DNA of 64,000 nucleotides from a virus. A model generated the notes under the pieces. The model was not told the origin of the DNA. It worked only from the letters and a program-made list of their open reading frames with translations, and ran no database searches. Location of the stretch: positions 1-64,000 of the IMG/VR virus record IMGVR_UViG_3300016466_000859. The stretch is one strand, 5' to 3'. Below are positions 1 to 6,376 of this stretch, in pieces (the stretch's first letter is position 1; each line of letters starts with the position of its first letter). The position numbers and the translations under genes were made by a program.

Positions 1-605
1 GCAAATGTCTTCATGGCTTCGGTGGTTTTTTTGAGTTCGGCGCTTAAAAAAGCGTTTGCGATCTTGGCCGCAGATGCCAGGGCATCGGCTGCTGCTTCGG
101 CGGCTGCGCCCATGCCTTTGAGCACACCTCCCACAAACGGAATACCTTCACCAAGCCCTTGTAAACCTTTGGAAGCGATCTTGGTTCCTTGATTCATCAT
201 GTCGATACCGACATTCAGCAAGCTGGCTCCGGTACCAATGGGATCGGCTGCAACTTGATCGTGCATTTTGCCCAAGCTCACGGCCAATCGCGTGGCATTC
301 ACTGCCATCGAGGCTGTAAACGCTGTGATGTCGCGACCCATTTGGACACCAGCATCGTGCCGGGCCTTTTCACGGCGCTTGCTGGCTTCTTCAGCAGTTT
401 CTTCGGCTTTAGTGAGTTTGTTGGTTTGGGCGGCAAGATCACTGGCGGCTTTGGCTGCATCGGCCTGGGCCTTGGCAGCAGCAGAACCTGATGCTTTGGG
501 ATCCATGGCTTTAAGTTGGGCCAGGATTTTTTCCATAACGGCTTCTGAGGCTACTCCCTCAACCTGTATCCTACCAACTCCGGGAACATCAATATTAACG
601 GCCAT
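1..605 (-). CDS. Probable tape measure protein, N-terminal 201 aa (runs off window start; absent from ORF track)
   Basis: ATG at 605 opens an uninterrupted frame MAVNIDVPGVGRIQVEGVASEAVMEKILAQLK...AAAEAAADALASAAKIANAF. It is Ala/Gly-rich and helical, follows a TATAAATA late promoter (657-664) and lies next to gp26/gp51-like chaperones. Confidence 0.55.
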   Translation of the reverse strand, partial: MAVNIDVPGVGRIQVEGVASEAVMEKILAQLKAMDPKASGSAAAKAQADAAKAASDLAAQTNKLTKAEETAEEASKRREKARHDAGVQMGRDITAFTASMAVNATRLAVSLGKMHDQVAADPIGTGASLLNVGIDMMNQGTKIASKGLQGLGEGIPFVGGVLKGMGAAAEAAADALASAAKIANAFLSAELKKTTEAMKTF

Positions 606-615
606 TTTATACGCT

Positions 616-623
616 TATAAATA
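616..623 (+). promoter_or_regulatory. T4-type late promoter TATAAATA for the gp26-like gene
   Basis: Exact match to the T4 gp55 consensus, 53 nt upstream of ATG 677. Confidence 0.75.
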
Positions 624-656
624 ATAGAGTCTACTAGAGACTCCGAGAGTCTACTG

Positions 657-664
657 TATTTATA
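657..664 (-). promoter_or_regulatory. T4-type late promoter TATAAATA for the tape-measure-like gene
   Basis: + strand TATTTATA is TATAAATA on the - strand, upstream of ATG 605. Confidence 0.75.
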
Positions 665-676
665 GGATCAAAAACC

Positions 677-1498
677 ATGTCAAATCCCTTAGCCAAACAT
701 TTCCGGCAGCCGGCCATCTATCTCAAACTACCCAGCGGTGGCAAATTCTGGCCCGAAGGCAGCATCGATCTCACTGCCACCGGTGAACTTCCGGTTTACC
801 CAATGACTATACGCGACGAAATAGCACTCAAGACACCGGATGCTCTCATGAACGGGCAAGGTGTCGCTGACATGATTCGCAGTTGCGTTCCCAATATCAA
901 AGATCCTTATGCTTGCCCCACTGTGGATCTTGATGCTGTGCTTATTTCCATCCGCTTGGCCAGTTACGGACAAGGCATGGACATTACCAGCACTTGTCAA
1001 GCCTGCAAGGAAACCAACGAGTCTTCGGTAAATCTTAATACTTTGTTGGATTCTGTGCGCATGTCTGGCTATGATGATGCCAACATCGACAGCTTGAAAT
1101 TTGAATTCAAACCCCAGACATTTCGAGATCTCAACAATGCCAACATGATCGCGTTTGAAGAACAGAGATTGCTGGAATTGGTTGGATCCGATCGAATCAG
1201 CGAGCAAGAAAAAAACAGTTTGTTCAAGGCCAGTTTCCTTAAATTGACCAATCTAAGTTTAGACAGCGTGGTCAACAGCATACGTTCAATAACTGTCGAC
1301 GGAGAACGTGTAACCGATCCTGTGATGATCCGAGAGTTTTTTGACAACTGTGATAGAAAGATCTATGACGATCTACGAGCACGCATAGATCAATTTAATG
1401 CTCAAAACAAAATTAAACCTTTGAAGTTGACTTGTGAACATTGCCAGGCCAATTACGAAACTGATCTCACATTTGATCAATCAAATTTTTTCGGATGA
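677..1498 (+). CDS. gp26: Baseplate hub assembly chaperone, T4 gp26-like
   Basis: N-terminal QPAIYLKLPSGGK...VYPMTIRDEIALKTPDAL pattern; two CxxC motifs (CQAC, CEHC); ends in NFFG. Confidence 0.7.
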   Translation: MSNPLAKHFRQPAIYLKLPSGGKFWPEGSIDLTATGELPVYPMTIRDEIALKTPDALMNGQGVADMIRSCVPNIKDPYACPTVDLDAVLISIRLASYGQGMDITSTCQACKETNESSVNLNTLLDSVRMSGYDDANIDSLKFEFKPQTFRDLNNANMIAFEEQRLLELVGSDRISEQEKNSLFKASFLKLTNLSLDSVVNSIRSITVDGERVTDPVMIREFFDNCDRKIYDDLRARIDQFNAQNKIKPLKLTCEHCQANYETDLTFDQSNFFG

Positions 1499-1725
1499 GG
1501 CTTTTGAGTCTGCGCTCTGACCAAGAAGTCATTGATTATCTCGATCGCTTGGAAAAAGATGCAAAAGCCCTAAAAAACGAAGCAATAAAACTGTGCTGGT
1601 ATATGAGAGGTTCTGTCAGCTACGATGATGCCATGTTACTGGGCAACCAAGATCGAGAACTCATGGCCAAGCTCATCAATGAAAATCTGGAAACAACTAA
1701 AAAATCCGGTCTACCATTTTTTTAA
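1495..1725 (+). CDS. Baseplate hub assembly protein, T4 gp51-like (possible frameshift extension of the gp26-like gene)
   Basis: ATGA overlap with the gp26-like stop; 76 aa with YMRGSVSYDDAMLL...DRELM helix pattern; position matches gp26/gp51. Confidence 0.55.
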   Translation: MRLLSLRSDQEVIDYLDRLEKDAKALKNEAIKLCWYMRGSVSYDDAMLLGNQDRELMAKLINENLETTKKSGLPFF

Positions 1726-1740
1726 TAAAGGTATCATGAC

Positions 1741-2475
1741 ATGAAAGTTGCAATAGTCACTCCCACCATTGGGTCAGAGAATCTCGAAAAATGCATCAAC
1801 AGCGTGCAGACTCAGATTTACACCGATGTCAAACACTATGTTTTCGTTGATGGGCATCAACATGAAGATCGAGTCAATGATATAATTAGCCGAGCACGCT
1901 TGTTTGACGTGCCGCTGGCTGTGTCGACGTTGGCCGAAAACGTCGGAGCAGGAGGTTGGTATGGACACAGAGTCTATGCCGCATGTTCATTTTTAGTCGA
2001 TGCCGATGTGATCTGCTATCTCGACGAGGACAATTGGTTCGAACCAAATCATGTGTTAGATCTCGTATCAACCATGGAAGAAAAAAGTCTCGATTGGGCT
2101 TATTCGTTACGCAAGATCATGGGCCCGTTGGGCAATGAAATCTGCAGGGACAACTGCGAAAGCCTAGGTCAGTGGCCCGCCTATGTGGGAGAAAATGTGT
2201 TTCATGTCGATACCTCTTGTTTCATGGTCAAGCGAGATATCGCCACTACTATTGGGCATGCGTGGTATTCACAGTGGGGTGCCGACCGTAGATTCTTTGC
2301 GGCATTGAAACAATACTTTCCCAAATTTGATACTTCAGGAACTTACAGCATGTGCTACCGTTTGGGTGGCAACGAAGGTTCAGTGCAAGAGGAATTTTTC
2401 CACCGTGGTAATAAAATCATGACCGAACGATATCCAGACAGTTTTCCTTGGGACCAGTCGGCGGTAGAATACTAA
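1741..2475 (+). CDS. Glycosyltransferase family 2
   Basis: MKVAIVTPTIG...CINSVQTQ...VFVDG N-terminus, YLDEDN DxD motif, VDTSCF, GADRRF. Confidence 0.8.
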   Translation: MKVAIVTPTIGSENLEKCINSVQTQIYTDVKHYVFVDGHQHEDRVNDIISRARLFDVPLAVSTLAENVGAGGWYGHRVYAACSFLVDADVICYLDEDNWFEPNHVLDLVSTMEEKSLDWAYSLRKIMGPLGNEICRDNCESLGQWPAYVGENVFHVDTSCFMVKRDIATTIGHAWYSQWGADRRFFAALKQYFPKFDTSGTYSMCYRLGGNEGSVQEEFFHRGNKIMTERYPDSFPWDQSAVEY

Positions 2476-2478
2476 AAC

Positions 2479-2504
2479 AAAACCGCCCCATGGGGCGGTT
2501 TTTT
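2479..2504. terminator. Bidirectional intrinsic terminator
   Basis: Perfect palindrome AAAACCGCCCCATGGGGCGGTTTT between convergent genes, with A/T tracts on both sides. Confidence 0.85.
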
Positions 2505-2520
2505 ACAACAACTGTCAATG

Positions 2521-2703
2521 TTATTTCTTGGCAGGTTCGGCTTTTTTCTCAGCTGGCTTGGCAGGGGCAGCGGCAGCAGGTTTAGCTTCCTCTTTCTTGG
2601 CAGGGGCAGCGGCAGCAGGTTTAGCTTCCTCTTTCTTGGCAGGTGCCTGAGCAAAAGCATTCACAGCAAACAAAGACGCAACAGCAAAGATAATCGATTT
2701 CAT
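2521..2703 (-). CDS. Small secreted Ala/Lys/Pro-rich protein
   Basis: Signal peptide MKSIIFAVASLFAVNAFA followed by repeats of PAKKEEAKPAAAA; SD AAGGA; TAAATA at 2758-2763 (-). Confidence 0.75.
   Translation of the reverse strand: MKSIIFAVASLFAVNAFAQAPAKKEEAKPAAAAPAKKEEAKPAAAAPAKPAEKKAEPAKK
2558..2643. repeat. 39-bp tandem repeat (2 full copies plus 8 bp) within the small secreted protein
   Basis: TTGGCAGGGGCAGCGGCAGCAGGTTTAGCTTCCTCTTTC at 2558 and 2597, then TTGGCAGG at 2636. Confidence 0.95.
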
Positions 2704-2783
2704 TTGGTTTTCCTTTAGTTGAAAAATTTACTATTTTGTTGGACGTCCCAACAATAATATTTAATCTGCGACCACTATCAGAA

Positions 2784-2815
2784 AAAAAGAATCGCCCCAA
2801 AAGGCGATTCTTTTT
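2784..2815 (-). terminator. Intrinsic terminator after pstS
   Basis: AAAAAGAATCGCC-CCAAAA-GGCGATTCTTTTT, a 13-bp stem with T/A tracts. Confidence 0.85.
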
Positions 2816-2841
2816 AACTGTTAGTACAATTGGCAGGTGAA

Positions 2842-3855
2842 TTATTTCAAGTTAATTTGGCTCCACACCCGCTCACGGATCTGCTGTTGCAAGCTCACAG
2901 GCAGATGCACGTAATCCAGTTCGGCGCTCATTTTGGCACCATTGCGGAAAGCCCAGTCAAAGAACTTGAGGGCATCCTGGCTGGCTCGCTTGTCAGCAGG
3001 ATCTCGGTACATGATAATAAAACTAGCGGACGAAACGGGCCAAGCGTTGGGATTGCGTTGGTCCACGATTGAAAGTCCCATTCCCGGCACCGAGAACCAG
3101 TCAGCACCATCAGCAGCGGCCGCGAATGTGGTGTCATCGGGAGCAACAAACTTACCGCTCTTGTTCTGTAGCAACATGAAGTTCATATTGTTCTTTTTCA
3201 CATAAGCATATTCCACATAACCAATAGATCCTTTGATACGGTTCACATTGGCTGCTACACCTTCGTTGCCCTTGCCACCTACTGAACTGGCAGCAGGCCA
3301 CTTCACAGCGGCTCCACGACCCACACGATCGGCCCACTCCTTGCTCACAGTGGTCAGATAATCGGTCCAGTTGAAGGTAGTTCCCGATCCATCAGCGCGA
3401 TGTACCACCGTGATATTTTCGTCGGGCAACCGCTTGCCGGGATTCAAGGCCACAAGTTTTGGGTCATTCCATTTGACGATGTTGCCCATGAACACTTCGG
3501 CCAGCACAGGTCCGGTGATGCGAAGTTCGCCAGGACGGAAGCCATCGAGATTGACCACGGGCACGGTACCACCGATGATGGCTGGAAACTGCACCTGACC
3601 ATTTTGGTCTAGATCCGAACCTTTTACAGGTGCGTCAGACGCACCAAAAGTCACTGTCTTGGCATTGATTTGACGGATACCCCCGGAAGAGCCGATAGAT
3701 TGGTAGTTGAGTCCTATACCAGTTTCTTGCTTGTAGGCTTCAGCCCACTTGGCGTAGATAGGATAAGGAAATGTGGCTCCAGCACCAGTGATGGTCTGGG
3801 CCTGTGCTGTCACAGTCATGACAGCCAGGAAAAATGCTGTGATATACTTGATCAA
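2842..3855 (-). CDS. pstS: Phosphate ABC transporter periplasmic binding protein PstS
   Basis: Signal peptide, then ITGAGATFPYP, YQSIGSSGGI, FGASDAP, HRADGSGTT, GSIGYVEY. Probable TTG start at 3855 with AGGAG 8 nt upstream (ORF track extends to 3888). Confidence 0.95.
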   Translation of the reverse strand: MIKYITAFFLAVMTVTAQAQTITGAGATFPYPIYAKWAEAYKQETGIGLNYQSIGSSGGIRQINAKTVTFGASDAPVKGSDLDQNGQVQFPAIIGGTVPVVNLDGFRPGELRITGPVLAEVFMGNIVKWNDPKLVALNPGKRLPDENITVVHRADGSGTTFNWTDYLTTVSKEWADRVGRGAAVKWPAASSVGGKGNEGVAANVNRIKGSIGYVEYAYVKKNNMNFMLLQNKSGKFVAPDDTTFAAAADGADWFSVPGMGLSIVDQRNPNAWPVSSASFIIMYRDPADKRASQDALKFFDWAFRNGAKMSAELDYVHLPVSLQQQIRERVWSQINLK

Positions 3856-3901
3856 TTTAGAATCTCCTATTAGAAAGTGCGATCGCACTAGGAAATACTT
3901 A

Positions 3902-3930
3902 GTGACAATTATATTACAATATTATGACAC
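3902..3930 (-). promoter_or_regulatory. Pho box (three 11-bp-spaced PhoB half-sites) upstream of pstS
   Basis: - strand GTGTCAT-AATA-TTGTAAT-ATAA-TTGTCAC; matches the CTGTCA(T/C) plus AT-rich 4-mer consensus with exact 11-bp period. Confidence 0.85.
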
Positions 3931-3937
3931 CGCCGCG

Positions 3938-4933
3938 TCATACGACGGGCACGAGGTGGTCGCGGAAAATTTCCCAGGCCCGCTGCCATGACCAACGTTC
4001 ACTGCCTTGCCAGACTTTTCGGCGGTTCAAGGCAATGGCCTGCTGGGTAGCCTGCCAGAGATCCGCGTGCATCACGCCGGTCACCCCGGGATCTATCACG
4101 TCTAAAGGACCCGGAGCCGGGTAGGCCGCCACTGGGGTTCCGCAGGCCATGGCTTCGATCATGACCAGTCCAAAGGTTTCCCAACGACTGGGGAACACGA
4201 AAGCATCGGCCATCTGATAGTAGGCAGCGAGATCTCTGCCGGTCTGAAAGCCCACGAACTCCACGTCAGGATAACGCTGTTCGTAATCTCGTCGCATAGG
4301 TCCATCTCCCACCATGATCTTCCTGTAGCCCGGTGCAGGCATCTGGAAGAAATCTGCTAGATTCTTTTCTTCGCTCACTCTGCTCACACATACCAACACA
4401 CCAGTGCCGGCATGGCCCAGTCTGGGCGTAAACGTGTCACGATCCACTCCCCGCGTCCAACTCACTACTTCACCATCAAATCCCCGATCCTGTAGTTCTG
4501 CCACCATGGTGTTGGTAGTCGTGAGCACACGGCCCGCATGGCGATGGAACCAACGCACATAACTCCAGGTGATGGCTTCAGGCACACCTACCAACTGATG
4601 TATGGCTTCAGGGAAGCGAGTATGATAAGCAGTATTGTAGCGATAGCCACGTTTTGAAAGATATTTTCTAGCAAACAGACCCAGAGGACCCTCCGTGGCG
4701 ATGTGGATATGATCCGCACTAGCCTCCTCAATCTTCTGGCCCATCTCCCTGGGAATGGCAATCTTGAGTTCGTTGTAGCCAGGACAATCAAAGTAGCGGA
4801 ACTGCCCGGGATCAATGTAAACAATGCGATATCCCGCCAGAACCGCATGAGCCTCGATGTTTTTGTAGGTGGTGACCACGCCATTGATCTGCTCCGGTAG
4901 ATTGTCTGTGATGATCAGGATTTTTTTTCGCAT
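3938..4933 (-). CDS. Glycosyltransferase family 4, Agt-like (putative glycosyl-diacylglycerol synthase)
   Basis: KILIITDNLPEQINGVVTT, HIATEGPLG, YHTRFPE, WTRGVD, VSRVSEEKN, FPSRWETFGLVMIEAMACGTPV. Start at 4933 preferred over 4972; adjacent to a PlcP-like gene. Confidence 0.85.
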   Translation of the reverse strand: MRKKILIITDNLPEQINGVVTTYKNIEAHAVLAGYRIVYIDPGQFRYFDCPGYNELKIAIPREMGQKIEEASADHIHIATEGPLGLFARKYLSKRGYRYNTAYHTRFPEAIHQLVGVPEAITWSYVRWFHRHAGRVLTTTNTMVAELQDRGFDGEVVSWTRGVDRDTFTPRLGHAGTGVLVCVSRVSEEKNLADFFQMPAPGYRKIMVGDGPMRRDYEQRYPDVEFVGFQTGRDLAAYYQMADAFVFPSRWETFGLVMIEAMACGTPVAAYPAPGPLDVIDPGVTGVMHADLWQATQQAIALNRRKVWQGSERWSWQRAWEIFRDHLVPVV

Positions 4934-5091
4934 CTGGTCTGTATCTGGAATGATCGGAATTTCAGTTCCCATCTGATGCTACTCGCGGCCTGCTGGCAGG
5001 CTTCCAGACTGGGCATCTCTATCTCTACCCTGCCGGGTACGTCTCGTGGATCGTTCACGTGAACCGCTATTATTATCAGTAGCCACATCAT
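4915..5091 (-). CDS. Hidden 58-aa protein overlapping the plcP-like 3' end and the GT4 start
   Basis: MMWLLIIIAVHVNDPRDVPGRVEIEMPSLEACQQAASSIRWELKFRSFQIQTRCEKKS; AGGAG SD at 5096-5100; stop overlaps the GT4 start; below the ORF track's 60-aa cutoff. Confidence 0.65.
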   Translation of the reverse strand: MMWLLIIIAVHVNDPRDVPGRVEIEMPSLEACQQAASSIRWELKFRSFQIQTRCEKKS

Positions 5092-5845
5092 CTTTCTCCT
5101 GAGTCCAGGTCACTATTTCCCAACGACCGTCGTGATGCTCTACTAGAGCTGTCATAGACTCTACCCAGTCTCCGTCATTCATGTAACGGATTCCGTTGAT
5201 GTCTTTGATTTCTGCATGATGTATGTGCCCGCAGATCACTCCGTCAAAACCTCGCTTCTTGCAGTAAGCAGCGAGATTGTTTTCAAATTGGAATATAAAG
5301 TCCACGGCTTTTTTGACACGAGCTTTGAGATATCGGCTCAAGCTCCAATATCCAAATCCCATGCGATGTCTTAGCCAATTGAATTTGCTGTTGAGGCTCA
5401 GCACAAAATCATAGGCTTTGTCGCCCAAGAAACTCAACCAAGGTGCCAGTCTGGTGATGCCATCGAATAGGTCACCGTGGGTGACCAAATAGTGCTGACC
5501 ATCCACTCCCACATGCTCGCACTGGTTGACTATTTCTACCATGCCAAAGCCAATGCCGTAGGGCATGAGAAGCCTAAGAAACTCGTCGTGATTGCCAGCA
5601 ACATATATGACTCGGGTGCCGCGTTTGGCATGCCCTAGAATGCGACGTATCACATTAGTATGGCTTTGTTTCCAACGCCATTTGTTTTGTTGTATCTTCC
5701 AGGCATCAATGATGTCGCCCACAAGATAAAGAGTTTCACAGGTATTGTGTTTGAGAAAGTTGTTGAGTTGTTCAGCTTTACAGTCTTTGGTACCAAGATG
5801 CACATCTGAGATGAATATAGTGCGATAGGTTTTTTCTTGCGGCAT
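4979..5845 (-). CDS. plcP: LpxH-like metallophosphoesterase, probably phospholipase C PlcP
   Basis: ISDVHLG, LVGDIIDAW, GNHDE (His where LpxH has GNRD), HGDLFD, ICGHIHH, NDGDWVES; adjacent to an Agt-like GT4 and pstS. Confidence 0.75.
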   Translation of the reverse strand: MPQEKTYRTIFISDVHLGTKDCKAEQLNNFLKHNTCETLYLVGDIIDAWKIQQNKWRWKQSHTNVIRRILGHAKRGTRVIYVAGNHDEFLRLLMPYGIGFGMVEIVNQCEHVGVDGQHYLVTHGDLFDGITRLAPWLSFLGDKAYDFVLSLNSKFNWLRHRMGFGYWSLSRYLKARVKKAVDFIFQFENNLAAYCKKRGFDGVICGHIHHAEIKDINGIRYMNDGDWVESMTALVEHHDGRWEIVTWTQEKDDVATDNNSGSRERSTRRTRQGRDRDAQSGSLPAGRE

Positions 5846-5851
5846 AGCACA

Positions 5852-5857
5852 TATTTA
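5852..5857 (-). promoter_or_regulatory. Late-promoter core TAAATA 6 nt upstream of the plcP-like ATG
   Basis: + strand TATTTA; the same hexamer precedes many structural genes in this window. Confidence 0.5.
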
Positions 5858-5888
5858 AACGATTTCTAGCTTTTGAAAATAACTTATT

Positions 5889-5906
5889 ATGACTTTGATG
5901 TTACAA
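5889..5906 (-). promoter_or_regulatory. Weaker Pho-box-like site upstream of the plcP-like gene
   Basis: - strand TTGTAAC-ATCA-AAGTCAT; two half-sites at 11-bp spacing, each 5/7 to consensus. Confidence 0.45.
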
Positions 5907-5953
5907 GATTCGCTTGCGCGAATCTATCGCTTTCGCTCAGTCGCTCAGCGATA
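5906..5953. repeat. Twin hairpin with four TCGCT/AGCGA repeats
   Basis: AGATTCGC-TTGC-GCGAATCT (5906-5925) abuts TATCGCT...AGCGATA (5925-5953); TCGCT at 5910, 5927, 5933 and 5941. Confidence 0.7.
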
Positions 5954-5984
5954 TTTTTTACTATCAGGTTATTGTTTGTTTTTA

Positions 5985-6376
5985 AGTATCATCCAGATTA
6001 ATCAGCCACACTTTGCCCGTTGCCGGGCAAAAATGGTATGCATCATCCGAGTAGCACAACCACTTAGCGTTGGGACTATCAGCATCTCTGCTGGCGCAGG
6101 CGGTCATCCGGTACCTGCTCATCCCGTCTTTGTATGACGGCGGGCACTGCAACATACGCTAACACATCGCAGAGCCGTGTGAGTTTTGTTAATCTCACAT
6201 CCTTTAGCCTTGAATAAAGAACATTTGTCTTACAGCGAAACTGGTTGAAGAAGGCGTATCCAGTCATCGTCCTGCGAAGGATAGTCGCTGTATGCTCGCG
6301 GCGGCGGCGAGACTTCGGTCCCCGTGACCCAAAGGTCCGGTTGTCATCGGCACACGTATTTGGCCTGTGCTAGCCT
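5985..6376 (-). ncRNA. Unassigned large structured RNA (~390 nt) directly downstream of the GIY-YIG gene
   Basis: GC-rich intergenic stretch with about 10 helices, GNRA tetraloops and two candidate pseudoknots (see findings); no credible ORF; matches no tRNA, tmRNA, RNase P or group II intron signature I recognise. Confidence 0.7.

Noticed and set aside
6079-6267. ORFs inside the RNA region (6079-6267 -, 5889-6137 +)
   Set aside because: No SD, atypical composition, and the sequence is better explained by base pairing.
6074-6290. Group I intron reading of the structured RNA (G-C-GACUA at 6282-6288 with UAGUCC resembles P7)
   Set aside because: The 5' strand is taken up by a perfect 8-bp stem (6285-92 with 6231-38), I found no P4/P6 elements, and the RNA interrupts no gene. 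Kept only as a possibility for covariance testing.
6290-6352. tmRNA-like hints (GGGGACCG and a GCC GAU GAC AAC 'ADDN' frame)
   Set aside because: No T-arm or CCA end, and the frame does not end in an ALAA-type tag.
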